A stretch of 64,000 nt of DNA, from positions 69,938,001 through 70,002,000 of the forward strand of contig NC_045697.1 of NCBI RefSeq assembly GCF_009834535.1. Direction: 5' to 3'. A model generated the notes under the pieces. It saw nothing but the letters and a program-made list of their open reading frames with translations, searched no databases and was not told the origin of the DNA. The stretch comes from Camelus ferus. Its lineage: Eukaryota. This document shows, one piece after another, positions 24,633-38,146 of the stretch. The number at the start of each line of letters is the position of its first letter. The stretch's first letter is position 1. Position numbers and translations under genes: made by a program.

Positions 24633-25412
24633 ATAGCTATTCCCCAAAACAAGAATTCTACATAATAAACCTTAACAGAGGAGTGCATCTATGTACAAGA
24701 TAGCTTTATTTTCAACTTTTTGTTCTATCAGTTCTAATCACCACAGTCCCGGTTGTTGACACATTCAGCCATCAGCTTATGTATCTTAAAATATCACTTA
24801 TGAAGATTAAAAAGCCTTTCTTGGAATAGACACAGATTTTTTTTTTTTTAATTGCAAAAAGTATATTTACCTCCCAGAACAAGAAAATGGCCTATTTCCT
24901 TTTGCAGCTAGTCAAGGGAAGTAATTTAGTTTACTGCTCCAATTCTCCAGCTCTCAGCTGGCATTGAGCAGAGTCAGGAAGCTGCAGTTCACACCATGTA
25001 GTCTCTTCACAGATAGCATGAAACTTCTCAGCTGACTTTTCCCAGCCATAAAACAGAAATCTCCCCAACTCAACAGAAAATCCCATGTATCATGAGTTGG
25101 TTGCTACCAGGAGCTGCAAGATAAAGAATGGTTTCACATTAAATATTAAAAAATTATTACCTGAATGTTTAACCAAGGGTTTAAAATGGTTTCATAAAAA
25201 GTAAATAATGTATCACTATTTGTTCTGTCTCTAAATGCAAATATTTGATATTTAGATTTTAATGGAGGATTAAAACTAACCTCTTTTTACTTTCATGTAT
25301 GTCTCTCAATTAGCTATGCACTTTCTCATTCATTTTACATTCAATTTTCATAGAAAATATAAATGGATGCAAGTACATATTGATTGTATTATACCTTTGA
25401 CCTTTGATTTAG

Positions 25413-25556
25413 GAAGAAATTAAGGTAAAAAACTCACCGTCACCACCAAAGGCATGCTCTTCTGCTGGCTCTTGTTCTTCGGAGGTGATAAGTGCCAAGA
25501 CTGATGTCAAGGAGAGCACTGTCTGCATACCAAACTATCTGGATCAGGAAATCAAA
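25413..25556 (+). CDS. C4orf17: C4orf17 coding exon 4
   Basis: tttag|GAA GAA ATT ... ATC AAA|gtaaga; 144 nt, phase 0-0; [15 protein letters not shown]...[11 protein letters not shown]. Confidence 0.95.
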
Positions 25557-27526
25557 GTAAGAGGCAGGTTTATTAAATCCGTAACTTGGGAACAGCATGC
25601 ATACACAAAAAACCACATCACTAGTAAGAGTCTTAAAACTCTCTAATGGTTCCCACTGACAACTGAATTGATTTAAAACTACTTAGCCTGAAATCCAAGG
25701 TCTGCTTCTATTTTTCACTTGCAGATTCTCCCCGGAATCCTGTCACTCTTACAGAAACACAGTCTTTGGTTTAGACATAATGAAAAGCTCGGTGTTTGCC
25801 AAACAAACTCGGCCTTATGTCTTCTTATGCCTTCCTAATGCTTGAAAGGCCTTACCCCCAACTTCTTTCCATTATCTGTACATTTCCTTCACATGTTTTA
25901 AGGCAGAGATTCCACCAATTAACACTCGTCTCTCCTTAACTGTAGACAACTGTTTTCTCAAAATTTTTCTGCTTGGGGTTATAAACTTATATACTTGTCT
26001 GTCTTGGTTACTGCTTTATCTTTCGTGCCTAGATAAGTGCTAGACAATTAGTAATTATTAAATAAGTGTTTACTGAATGTTGAATAAATAAATAGAAAAG
26101 TGCTACCAAGATCAAAGTAGAACTTTAGAAAATCAGCTATCCACATAGACTCTTAACTATGTAACAGGCTGAGTGCAGTTTTAGTAAGGCTGTCTTGCTT
26201 CCTTGAGCACACCAATAGACCAGCATGATCCCATAGAACTGGCCATGTAGGCTTCTGTTAAGAAGCTTTCCTCTCAAAAGTATCTTCCACCTTACAGGTA
26301 TTGACTAAACTAGCCATCAATTGATATAAAATCCACTAAAATGTAAACTCTTTGAAGGAAGGGATCTTATCTGTCTTGTTCACAACTAATTCCTCAGCAT
26401 TCATCACTTTGCTTGAAAAATATTAACTGGCCTGCACAACATGGCATTTCATCAAATAGTTGTTAAATAAATGAAAGGAGAGGGAACAAAGTGAGAAAAC
26501 AGGTCATATCAAGATTTTTTGGCTTGTATAAATGGGTCCTAAAAATAGTACTCATTTTGGTGGTACTTCATCCTCTCATGCCGCCTACAAAAAAAATCTA
26601 AAATACTTTCCAATTTCCTACTATCTAGGCTGGTAACTCTTTATGGGTTGTGAGATCAAGAAATGTTGGTGTAGGGGTAGGTGTGTAAGAAGGAGTTACT
26701 ACTTTAAAGGAAAAGAAAAACAGAATTCTGCGTCTGTTAGCATTTTGTTTTAGCCTTCCTCCCAAAGATCTTCAATTTATAGGAATAATAGTCTCTTTAC
26801 TATTGACACCAAGAGTCTGCCAAACACATTCATTTATTCTATAAATATTTAGTGTCAAATGACAAAATACTGGAGTTTGGGAATACAGTGGGTTCCTTCA
26901 TTTACATAGCTTGTGAGAGGGACTGTACAAGCGTTGTAAGAACATACAGAAGTCGATTTGGAGCTAAGAGAGTCTCCAAGGAGCAAGGAATCTAAAAAAA
27001 TGTTTAAGATATAATTAGAAAGTGAAGAAAAGTATGGAAGGGGTCATTCTCAGGCAAGAGACCTTCGTATCTAAAGGCTAAGAAAGAGGTGAGAGCACTG
27101 GTTATTCAAGGAACAAAAGCAATTAATATGGCTGAAGCAGAGGGTGCCGGGAGAAATCTGCCAAAGATGGGGCTGAAGACTTAAGCAGAGACCAGATAGT
27201 AAAGTACTTTATAAGCTGTATTGAGGTGTTCAGATTTCATCCCAAGGGCTGAATTACTTTATAAGTACAAGAACACATGGTCAGAGTTGTACTTTGGAAA
27301 AATCACTCTAGATACAATACACAGAGTTCATTTGGGAAGGGGAAACAAAATTGCAGGCAAGGTGTTCTGCTTCCAAAATGATAGATTAGGTTCAAGACTT
27401 AGCCTCCAACTGTAAACAACTATACAAATAGACAAAAGAGAAAAAAAAGTGAATTGCTCCTCTAGAAGATGTTGGAACTGAACAGACAAAATAAGAGAAA
27501 ACGGCATCACCTAACCTAAATTATTG

Positions 27527-27759
27527 CAGTTGACCCTGGAACAACACGAGTTTGAACTGTGCAGGTCCACTTATACGTGCATTTTTCAATAGTAAATACT
27601 ACGATACCACCTGATCCATGGCTGGTGAATCTATGGATGTGGAACTGTGAGTACGGAGGGACCAACCACCTATGCAGAGGGCTGACTATAAGTTATACTT
27701 GGATTTTTAACTTCTTAGAGGGTTGGCACCCCAACCCTGGCCTTCTCAAGGGTCAACTG
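27527..27759 (+). mobile_element. Tigger2-family (TcMar) MITE
   Basis: Terminal inverted repeats cagttgaccctggaac ... ttctcaagggtcaactg, followed by TA. Confidence 0.85.
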
Positions 27760-27927
27760 TACTTGTATTGAAGATGTTTTTTCCCTAATTGAAATCTGGC
27801 TCCTGAGCTAAAACCCCAATTGACTTGAGCATTGTGTACAGTGACATTTGGGAAGATGAGATTGTGGAGAAAGTAAAGCAAACCTTATAAACCTTGGTTA
27901 CTGTGTAACTCTAATACTCTCTGTTAG

Positions 27928-28009
27928 ATTCTGGAAAAGCTCTGTAACATTTTACAGACTGATTCTCTGGCAGAAGTTCTACAGTGGCTGCTTCATGCAA
28001 GTTCCAAAG
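27928..28009 (+). CDS. C4orf17: C4orf17 coding exon 5
   Basis: gttag|ATT CTG GAA ... TCC AAA G|gtgaga; 82 nt, phase 0-1; [27 protein letters not shown]. Confidence 0.95.
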
Positions 28010-29382
28010 GTGAGATTAAGCATTTGTAAGCACTGAGCTGTTTTTTCTTTTCTTTTTTTGTCAGAAACTAGGAATGTACCAGTATCTGAAGCTTTTTATC
28101 TTGGATTTGCAAAGATAATGTTGCAATATTACTTCCCTAGTGTTTCAGTATCAGAGTCCTATGTATCCAGCTGCATGCAAGCTGGTCTTGCAGTGACCCA
28201 AACTTTGCTATGCTCCAAGCTGAACTTCTTTGGGCGACGTGGAACACTTGTGTCCAGACCTGGTTTGCGCTTCTCCTCCTGAGTCCACACGCCCAGGCTC
28301 TCCCTGAGCATGTCTCCTGGCCTGCTCTGAACCCTGAACACAGCCTGTTGCCCTCCTTTGGTGTGGATGGCAGTAGCACAGCCTTCCAAGTTCCAGACTC
28401 TAACAGCTCTGCCAATTCCTCACCAAAACCGTCAAGTCAGTCATCTCCCAGCCTCCTTTAGGCCCTTCCTGGTGCCTGTGTTTCCATGAGGACATATTCC
28501 AGTCCCAAGTAGGATAACCATAAATAGCACAGAGCAGCTATCCTCAAATCCAGCTGGTCTCAGACTGAGACAGACTTCTGAGGTGGACGGGGCCTGAGAG
28601 TTGGCATTTCTAACAAGTTCCCAGGTGACGCTGGAAGGGCTGGTTTGGGGACCCCTCTTTGAAAATCACTGCATGAATCAAAGGAAATACCAATGTGTTA
28701 GGGACAGACTAATGTTTTGAAATGGGGAGCATTTTGGAGATAGCACCTTACCTCAAGAATTCAAGATTACTTGGCAGGCAATTGAAAAGTATTTGGGGGT
28801 CAGGAGCTTTTAGTTATTCTTTTTTTCCCCCACTTTTTAAGAATGTAACTTTTAAAAATTTACACAAGTATTAAGTGCTTATTGTTGGATGAAAAACAGA
28901 TGAACCAGAAAAAAAAAAGAGGAAAAATAATAAAATTATTACAGACGTCATTTTAGTAATACTTTGGTATATATATCTTTGTAGAGATGCTTATAAATGT
29001 TATTTAACTATTAGTTTTTATTTTAATGAGATCATATTATACTTAATATTTTATATAGATATCCTTATTATTTTTTTTTAAATTTGGCAGTGGCCTGTAA
29101 GGCTGGGTTTTGTACTCAGTATTTAAACTCTGTTCCACTGCCATTCAGGGACAAGGACCCCAGTGAGTTGACTACTCTGAGCACTCTACAGTATCACAGG
29201 TCAACAGAAACTAGGTTGATGTGAACCACCTTGCTGCAGAAACTCTGACTCACACATAGGGGCCTACCCCCGAAACAGATTACCTTTCAACAGCTGGAGA
29301 GCTGGGTCAAAGAACTAATCCTGTGTTTCTCGCTAATGTGATAATTATAACCTTCATGGCCCCTTCTTTTTTTTTAAATCAG

Positions 29383-29572
29383 AAAAGGAGTGGGTCTCAG
29401 CTTTGATTCATGCTGAGCTGGCTCAGATAAACTTGTTAACTCACCTCAGAAGAAACACCTCAGCAGAACCAGCAGCAGAGACTGGGAGGCCACAGAAAGT
29501 CAAATCGCCCCCAAATTCACCAGCAAAATCAAAAGTGCTACCCAGATCTATGGAAAGACATCAACTGAGCAG
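29383..29572 (+). CDS. C4orf17: C4orf17 coding exon 6
   Basis: aatcag|AA AAG GAG TGG ... AGC AG|gtaatt; 190 nt, phase 1-2; [25 protein letters not shown]... Confidence 0.94.
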
Positions 29573-30524
29573 GTAATTAGGCCTAATGGGCCAACCTGTA
29601 GGGCATGGGGTTCATAAAAACTTTGAATTCCTTTCTGGTTATCTTTCAAAACACGAAAATGGCTGAGATTTTTAAGTATCTTCTTTATTCAGTAAGTGAC
29701 AAGAATGTGTATTTGTTTTCTTTCATTTTCATAAATGTAATATGAGAACCCATTCTAAATCCTATTGTTCAGAGCGTTTTGGCAGAGGCTATGTTTTCCT
29801 TACCCAACAACCTATCTTTTTGAGAAAAGTTCCCTTTCTACTCAGGGCAAAGCAAGCGTAGTCACCCAGAAATCTAAGCAACTATAGTGGTTTTTAGTTA
29901 TTTAAAAATAGAAGCAATAAAGGAAACCAAAGTTGCACTGCTATTGTATATTGTTAAATGCTTATCACAAGGGTATCACGTTTTTTTGTCTAGAACAATC
30001 CAAGATTAAAATATACTGCTTCACTTAATTTTCTCTGACATATGCCTGGGGGCTGCCAGAGGGAAAAACAACTATTAAGGAAATTGGAAATTATTTCAGT
30101 AGAAATTTTTCTTAAGCCTTGTAATTTCAATGACAGAAGAAAATACATATTTACGTATAACATCATGGTCAAAGAATGTGGTAAGATGTTATTTAAGCTG
30201 GGAGAGAAAATCTTGTTGCTTTAAAATTAAAAGTTGGGTAAATCTTAAAAACAGAAAAAATAAATATTCACAAACACATAACATGTCACTGTAAAAAGCA
30301 TTAAGACAGGGGAGAATTTTACATTGCAATCTGTCTCCCCCTTGAAGTTTCCATAAAATTGGAAACTGGGAGATAGGGTCAGTTTCTCTACCTTAGTGAG
30401 TAACATCTGAGGTACTGTTCCAATTTTTACTCAAAGCCAGAAGAATTTTTCACTGGAAAGCACATTTAATACTGTCTGCATCAAAAAATAAAAAAGAATT
30501 GGGATACTTGTTTAAGAGCTAGAT

Positions 30525-30546
30525 ACACACACACACACACACACAC
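30525..30546. repeat. (AC)n microsatellite
   Basis: About 11 AC units, 85 nt upstream of C4orf17 coding exon 7. Confidence 0.9.
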
Positions 30547-30630
30547 TTAGCTTATTGCTGAGAGTGCAGTCTATAGAAAATACTTGTTTGTACCTGTGAA
30601 TTTCATTTTCTCTTTCTCCAATTGATTTAG

Positions 30631-30674
30631 AGTGGCAAGCCAAGGATCTGAAGGAAATAAGGAAATACCAAAAG
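30631..30674 (+). CDS. C4orf17: C4orf17 coding exon 7
   Basis: tttag|A GTG GCA AGC ... CCA AAA G|gttaag; 44 nt, phase 2-1; RVASQGSEGNKEIPK. Confidence 0.9.
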
Positions 30675-32159
30675 GTTAAGTACAGTTTGTGATAATTACT
30701 GAGTTGGTATAAGGAAATCAGTACGTATCTAACTAGTCAGAGATACAGAGGTTAAGGATCTATGGTTTTAAAGGCGGTATATATATCACACTAATTTCCA
30801 GCTACCCTTAAGGGACAGCATCTGCCGAGTTTCTCACAGAGATAAACCTGCCCAGTACCTGACTTTGTTCTGAAAGGTGAAGTGCCTAATCCCTCCCTTT
30901 GAGGGCAAGACAGCAGGACAGCAGGAGCCCTAGGTTTGGTCATGCCAATCCAGTGACAGGGGAAGCCCTCCATGGACTTAACAAAAGGACAGTGATTTCA
31001 GAGTTTTGGTTCTTTGCAACTTAACTGTCATTAAGCTAAATGATTTTCACTTGAAACAAAGTCAACCAGAAAAAAAAACAGTAAAATTTTGATAATCATC
31101 TATAAGCAGATGCTCGTGACACAGCTGAGATACAACAGAGTAAATAGCAGTTTGTGTCCCCATCAGAAGTCCAGCCCCAGCCTGCAATTTGGACCAAGAA
31201 ACATCAAGAATTGTGGCAAGTCCTAGTTTGGTCCAGAATAGTCCAACTGAAACACCCCTGTGGGTTTGGCAGCTCCTTACTTTAAAACAAACATAGCAAC
31301 AATGGCTACAGAGCAACAACTATGAAGTATGCCTACAAGCCTCGAACGGAAGTCTCTGTCACCATTTCTACAGGTTCCCCTTATACCAGGAATGATAGAT
31401 ACAGCAATCAATCAGAGTTCCTTGAGGTCACTCTAGACCCCAGCAGTTTCCGCTGGGGTTAACCAAACCTGAAAGAGCCTCTACCTGCCTATCTCTAGCT
31501 CTGAAATAAGTACAGTTTAGAAGTTAGAAAATACTCCCTTACTCGGACACCCCAAGCATGGTCTAGTGTATCTGACGTCTCCTAACAAACGCTTCACCCT
31601 CACGCCATAAAATCATGACAGTGATTGCTTCTATTACTCAAGTTTATGTCTTACCCATAGGCCTCAAATATATTTTATCTGGCCTAGATATTTGTATAAA
31701 AATCCCCAAATCATACCCCTTTGTCTCCAGTGTTGTATCCGCATCACCCCAAATCCTTATTTCTGATTGGGTGTAACCATGCAGGCGGGAAGGTCTTATG
31801 AGTACAGCTGTTTTAACCTCTTGTCTACTTTCTTTTTTATGTATCAGGACCATAGGTCCTTCTCCTTTCTCTGAATGACCCACCACCTTTGTCCACCACC
31901 AGTTCTAAATCATTCCTTCCAAAATTATATTTCATTCTAAGATTAAAAGAGCATATCCTGCATGTTACAGAATAAATAATTCATTAGAGATGAGCAGATA
32001 GAAAGAAAGATGAGAATAAATTATTTTACAAATTTTTGGTGCATCTGATTCACCTAAACTTCATAGACTTATTTGTATGTCATTTGCTGCTAAAACATGG
32101 CAGGAGCTACTATATTTGATGTCTCAACTATGGTCTTACTAAGATTGTTTCTATTTCAG

Positions 32160-32362
32160 AGGCTGAGCACAACCCTCCATTGTTTATAAGAAGAAATAAA
32201 ATGAAAATACCAGTTGCAGAATATTTCAGCAAACCAAAGTCTCCTCCCAGGCCTAAAACTCAGGAGAGCATGTCAACGAAAGCAATGTCAGCAAGGAATA
32301 TACAACAAGGATACAGTCTCTCTCCCCAAAGAGCATTTTATCCTGTAACACACCAAAGGTAG
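32160..32362 (+). CDS. C4orf17: C4orf17 last coding exon
   Basis: tttcag|AG GCT GAG CAC ... [35 protein letters not shown]...THQR*. The eight exons total 1071 nt = 356 aa plus stop, with no internal stop. Confidence 0.95.
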
Positions 32363-32514
32363 AAATTCTAGACTGAGCTAATTCTTTCACAAATATGAGT
32401 TTCACTTTGTTGCAACATCAAATTATTAAAAAATCTTTTTAGAATGGAGGAATCAATAGCTCCTCGATTTTGTGGCACATGTAAATTTCAAAGCGCCTGT
32501 ATATAATGCTACTA

Positions 32515-32520
32515 AATAAA
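32515..32520 (+). terminator. Candidate polyadenylation signal of C4orf17
   Basis: AATAAA about 150 nt after the stop codon; an ATTAAA also lies at 32425-32430. Confidence 0.55.
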
Positions 32521-33474
32521 AATTAATGGAGACAACATTTCTATCTGTGATTAATTTAAGGCCATGTGTAAAAAGAAGTATGTTTATTTACATACTACAT
32601 TTTGCACTAGTCTTGCACTATTAATATTAGTATGTAAGCATTAGGCTCTGATACTAGAAAAATCATCCATAATCAGAATTAGGCAGTTTTAATTCAACAC
32701 CTACCCCAAACTCTAATAGAAAATAAACAACAACAACAATAAACAAACAGAATTTTAACATCTGAGCTACTTTCTGCAATCTACAGTTTTTCAATGTTGT
32801 TGGACTATTAGAAGAATTCTCACCTCTCCCCAAAAAGAAGAGATATAAAAATGATTCCTAACTTATGAGCCAGAAAGAAGCCAGTTTCCATTCACTGCTC
32901 ATTGTGAATGATGTTAACACACTTCCTAATATTGAACTTCTGTATTTTGAATAAACCACTCTTGGGCCATACTATTATTCTTTCAGTGTATTGCCGAATT
33001 TATCCACCAATTAGCCAATCTTTTATTTAGAATATTTTTGCACTGATGGTCAAAAGATACATTTTGTGTGTACATGTGTGTATGCATAGGATCACATACG
33101 ATCTTAATGATAACATTTATACCACACTGTGTGTCAGGAGTCATTCTAAATACTTTAGATATAGTAACTTATTTAATCTTCACAGTAACAATTTGAGTTA
33201 TCCTCACTTTTTTCTAAAATAAGAAAACTGAGGCACAGAGAGTTGTACTCATTGGGATGAGACAAAACAGTTGTAACAGATATCATCATTCAAATACAAC
33301 AGAGGTTTATTTCTCATGTAAGAGTCAAAAGTGTGTATTTTCAATCAGCAGATGACTTCATTTTACCTGGTGATTCAGAGGCCCAGGATCCTTCCATCTT
33401 GTGGTTCAACCATCACCTATGGTTTCATTAGCAACTTCATCATGCTGGCAAAAGGACAGAGTGGTAGAAAGTTT

Positions 33475-33941
33475 TAACTTCCTACAGCTGCTGTAATAAA
33501 TTGCCACAAACTTAGTGGCTTAAACCAACACAAATTTAAACTCTTACAATTCTGGGGCCAAGGTCTGAAATGGATCTCATTGGGCTAAAATCAAGGTGGT
33601 GGCAGGGCTGCCTTCCTTTTGGAGGGTTTAGGGGAGAATCTGTTTCCTTGCCTTTTCCAACTTCTAGAGTTTACCCTCACTTCTTGGCTCATGACTCCCT
33701 TCTATCTTTAAAGCCAGCAATGGCTAGTTGAGTTTTCCTCACATCACATCACTTACGCTGACTCTTCTGTCCCCCTCTTCCAATATTAAGGACCCAGTGA
33801 TTACAATGGGCCTGTCTGCTGTTTAGGTTATCAAAGATTATCTTAAGGTCCAACGATTAGCAATTTAATTTCCCTTTACCATGTAACATTACAGATTCCA
33901 GGGATTAGGATCTTTGAGGGGACATTCTTCTGTCTTCCACA
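33475..33941 (-). mobile_element. MaLR LTR (MLT1C/D-like) nested in an older MLT1
   Basis: gctgtaataaattgccacaaacttagtggcttaaac ... aaaatcaaggtggtggcagggctg. Confidence 0.75.
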
Positions 33942-34810
33942 AGGGGGGTACATCTGCTTAAAATGGCCCTGAAATGGGAAATATCACTTCTAGTCACATT
34001 CCATGGTTGAGAACTAGCCTAGCTGAAAGGGGGCTGATAAAATTATTAAGTAGGAATCATATTGTGGCCACAACTATAGTCTATGGAAAGGAAAACTGGA
34101 TTTTGGTGGAAGCTGACTGACACAAAAGTTTAGTGACTGGTTTAAAGTGTAGCTGGAATCTATTTGCTTAACCACTAGGCACTACTGATATGTATCAAGA
34201 CCATGCTCACTTCATAAAATTCACATCAAATCTTTCTCCCTATCTTTTTCCTGTCAGGGAGAGGCTGCAACAGCATTGTAGACTCCTTTTCCTTGAAAAC
34301 TTAATAAAATTCACCTATCAGATGCCCATGTAGGTCTGGTGTTTCAAGGGTGGTAGTCGTTTGAGAATTTTATTTCTTCTATGATAACTGGTCAGTTTAT
34401 ATTTTCTGTATTTTGGAGAATCGATTTTGGAGATTTTTATTTTCTTAGAAAATTAATCATTCCATCCAGAGTTCTAAATTTATTTTCATTGTGTTAAGAC
34501 AAATCTGTCTCATAATTCTCCAAAATTCCTCATTATGTTTATTCTGCAATCTCACTTTTAGGTATTATAATTTTTGGCTCAATTAGCTAATGGCATTTTA
34601 CATTTTACTATCACTTTCAGAAAATGAGATCTTGGGTTTAGTGCTATGTTGTACAATATTACTGTTTTTTAATTCATTAATATCTCCTTTTACTCTTCAT
34701 TTCTTTTAGTTTCTTTGGGCTTATTATTGTTCTAATGTCCTTAGTTGATTGTTTTTAGTATAGTTATATTCAGTCGTTCTCATTTATTAGCATAAGTTTT
34801 TAAGGTGAGA

Positions 34811-34990
34811 TTTATACCTAGAATGTAATGATGGTTCAATATAAGAAACTCAATGTAATACACCACATTAATAAAATGAAGGACAAAAATCACACCATTA
34901 TTTCAATTAATGCAGAAAGAGCATCTAATGAAATTCAGCACCCCTTCATGATAAAAACACTCAACAAACAAGGAAGAGAAGAAAATGTTT
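34811..34990 (+). mobile_element. L1 ORF2 fragment (RT region)
   Basis: [39 protein letters not shown]. Confidence 0.85.
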
Positions 34991-34994
34991 CCCT

Positions 34995-36392
34995 TATAAT
35001 TCTTCACCTTAAAACCTTAATCTCCAGTGAAAAACCAAGAAGCAAGGACTAACAAAATATGGGTCGCCACTTCACCAATGACTTCTAATCGGGTCTGTTG
35101 CACCAAATTGGTAGACCAAGGGGTTGAGATTTTAATCATGCTAGACTCGGATCCAGGACTTAGAACTTTGGAGTATCTCCAACTCTGTGTCATTCCCCAG
35201 ATTGAGGCAGGCCTATGCCCCATTTCAGCAGGAAGCACCCAGAGCAGTCACTACTCCACTCCCTGAAACATCTGGGGAAGGATCAAAGAAAAGGCGTGTT
35301 TGAAACTGAGTCCCCCCTAAAACTGAGTTCCTCTGCCAAGTTTATGATTAACCTCTATCCAAAACATTATTCCTTTTCTTGTCCAACACCTGTTCTCCTC
35401 AAGATTGAGGCGTATCAAAAAAAAGAAAGGGGGGGGGGGAGGATTGATACTGAGCAGGATCCTGTAGGGTCCTCCCTGGTATGAATGGTTCCATGTCCCC
35501 CATTTCTTGTTGTAGGAAGCAGGCTTCATTCAGCCTCCTTGACCTTCTCTGAGTTCCAAACAGCAGATTCAAACAGTTGCTAATCAAGGAAGGGAGGGAA
35601 TGCAGAAACAAGGGAGGAGCATTCAGGAAATAATAGTGCAGCTTTGGAGTAGGGTCCTTTTTCCTCCTCAAGAAATAGACATAATAATATTCAAGTTCTT
35701 CTGCAGGAACTGAGGCCCTCCAACCCCTGCCTCTTGATTAAGGCTGAGCAGAATCTTCAGAGATGGTTGGGGGGAACCATCTTTTGGGGGAACACTGGGT
35801 CCACTAGATTGCTGGCACTCTGATTAAAGGCAACTTTCCTTTTTGTTACCAAGGCTATTGTCCCCAGGATCATACTCCTGCCCCTTCCTTGAATAGAAAC
35901 CAATTATTCTTACCTAAGTCTCAGGAGGCAGCTGCAAAGAGAAGACAAGAACTGGTTAGAACCTGCAAAGCCCAAGACGTGGAGGATTTGACTTCCAGTG
36001 GCCCTTAAGCCTCATTACACACTCATTGTAATGTATTAGCATGCTAAAAGACACACCCACCAGTGCCATGACAGTTGACAATTGCCATGACAACAACCAG
36101 AAAAGCCTCTACAAAGGATGGTAAAGAAAGCCTCCCATACAGGTCTGTGTGGCCCAACCTGGGTGGAAGCTGTCTCTACCAGCCAAATAGGTCCTTGCTT
36201 GAATGCTTCCTTTCTCAGCTTGAGGGGCTTTTCTTCTCCCAGCTCAAGCACTGTCCTTCCTTTTCCTCTTTTGAGAAATAATGCAGCTTTTTCACTTTGT
36301 CCCTCTGCCTCTGCTGAGAAATCTTTTGATAGCCAGTAGCAAGGATCCACACTTTGGAGGGACTCCTAATTTAGGGGTCTCTCTATTCGCTA
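34995..36392 (+). mobile_element. ERV 3' remnants: env-tail-like sequence, polypurine tracts and LTR
   Basis: cagcaggaagcacccagagcagtc env-end motif. Purine tract aaaaaaaagaaagggggggggggagga is followed by a TG LTR start at 35445, and the LTR-like body runs to about 36392. Confidence 0.6.
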
Positions 36393-36399
36393 ATAATTA

Positions 36400-38146
36400 C
36401 AGCCTCACACGGTTCCATTTCTAACTCAGAAGATTACTAGAATGAGTACTCAAAGGATAGAGGGGAGCAGTAATTAAAATTTTCGGTACCTTTTATATCA
36501 TTACTTTCATTAGCCTTCTACAACAAACCATTCATTGAGGCTATTTTGGAAGTTCTGAAGCCTTCTGGGGCTTCTGCATACCAGTTAAAAGAGATGCAAC
36601 AGTTTCAGATGAGAACTTTAAAATTTTAACAATTTAGCTGTTTCCCTAATTCAAAGAATCCAAGGAGCTAGCCCAACAAATATTTTTCCCTGCTAATCTA
36701 ATTTAGAAAAGAGAAAAACACTTACCATTGTTTCCAGTAGACCCTGCAGGCACAGATCCAGAAGACTACCAGCTTTAACTGTGTGCTCAAAATTATTTTG
36801 TAGCGTCAAAAGAACCACTTGGCCATTTCAGGGCCCGATTTCATTAGTTTCCAATTAAGTACTTGCAAGCATAACATAAACCCAGCTGGTATTCCCATAG
36901 GTAGCTGGTTTGCATGGGAGCTATTTGGCCTTTGAGGCACAATTTCCCAGGATTAATTTCACAGCCTAATTCAGATATGAATTACGAGATGTGATCTGAA
37001 CAACTTTTTGTGGACAGTGTGGCAGACTGCACTTGTGCTGCTTCTGAATCTAGCTTCCCAAGGAGCTACCCTTGGGTCAATTCAACTTTTACATGGCTCA
37101 GTTTCTCCCTGTGACAACCTAAAACCACTGTCACGGGTGTTCAAAGCACTAGGTGATCAGCCTGTGTTGCGCCCCCTAGATGAACAGTGTTTACTTAATG
37201 TTCATAGTGAAGCACATCATGAGGATTGATCCTCAGACACTTCTAGGAGGTCCTCACTCACCTGAGGATGGCTTGTGGCTGGAAGGAGCAAAATGCCCCT
37301 TTATTCTTTGGAGCTGAATAATTCAGTCTCTTATTTCACCAGCAAAAGTTTTGTTCAGACCATTCATCAACTCATTTTTTTTTTTTTTCCAATTTAAGCA
37401 AAATTTAACAAAAACCCAGCCACCTATGTTTCCCCGGGCCTCTTGGCCAGACCCTCCTAGGTCCTGGCCTTGGAAATGAACTGGTGCCCCTTAAGAGTCC
37501 AAGTCTTAAGTGAAAACCATCTCCAATAAAATTTTTAGGATCATCTCCCAAATAATGAGATCTGAATTATCAGGAGAACTCACCAGAACACCTGAGGAGT
37601 ACAGAGAAGCCGGTGGGGCTCAATGGGCCCATGCTGGTACCAAGCACTGGTTCTGGGTAGACTCCAGGTGTCCTCGGGCTGGTGTCTCTGATATCCTGCT
37701 GATTATGCCAAGTATATGTCAATGAAAAATTAATCAGTTGATATAAGAAAGAAATGGAAAACTTTATTCAAGCCAAAATTAAAGATTATTACCTGAGAAG
37801 AGCATCTCAGAAAGCTCTCAGAACTTTTCCACCTGTTAGAGGTCAAGGCACTGTTATGTTTTTTGAGGCAGTTTACAGTTTTTGTTGACAGTTTACATAA
37901 TCCAGATCTAAGTGCTATGTGACCCCTTATGAGGTCAAGAAGGAATGTTATCTTAAAGAAGTTGTCTTAGGAGAAGTTGCTCTTCATGGCTGAGTGGGGA
38001 ATTTCCACTGATAGGGGAGGTTTGGTTGATGCATAATGCAGATACACAGTGCACAGTGGGAGGCGAGAGGAGGCCAAAGGGCAGAGAAGAATTTTTTAAT
38101 GTTTAAGTTCTTATTATCTCGCCATAAAATGTGATTTTATTTCACA
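36400..38146 (-). mobile_element. ERV 5' LTR (37717-38146) with tRNA-Ser PBS and leader
   Basis: On the minus strand the LTR runs TGTGAAAT...TTGACA with an internal AATAAA, followed by TGGCATAATCAGCAGGAT (37693-37710), 15/18 identical to the PBS-Ser sequence TGGCGTAGTCGGCAGGAT. Confidence 0.75.

Noticed and set aside
28058..28461. Four overlapping intronic ORFs after C4orf17 coding exon 5
   Set aside because: No recognisable homology or splice context; probably old repeat-derived sequence.
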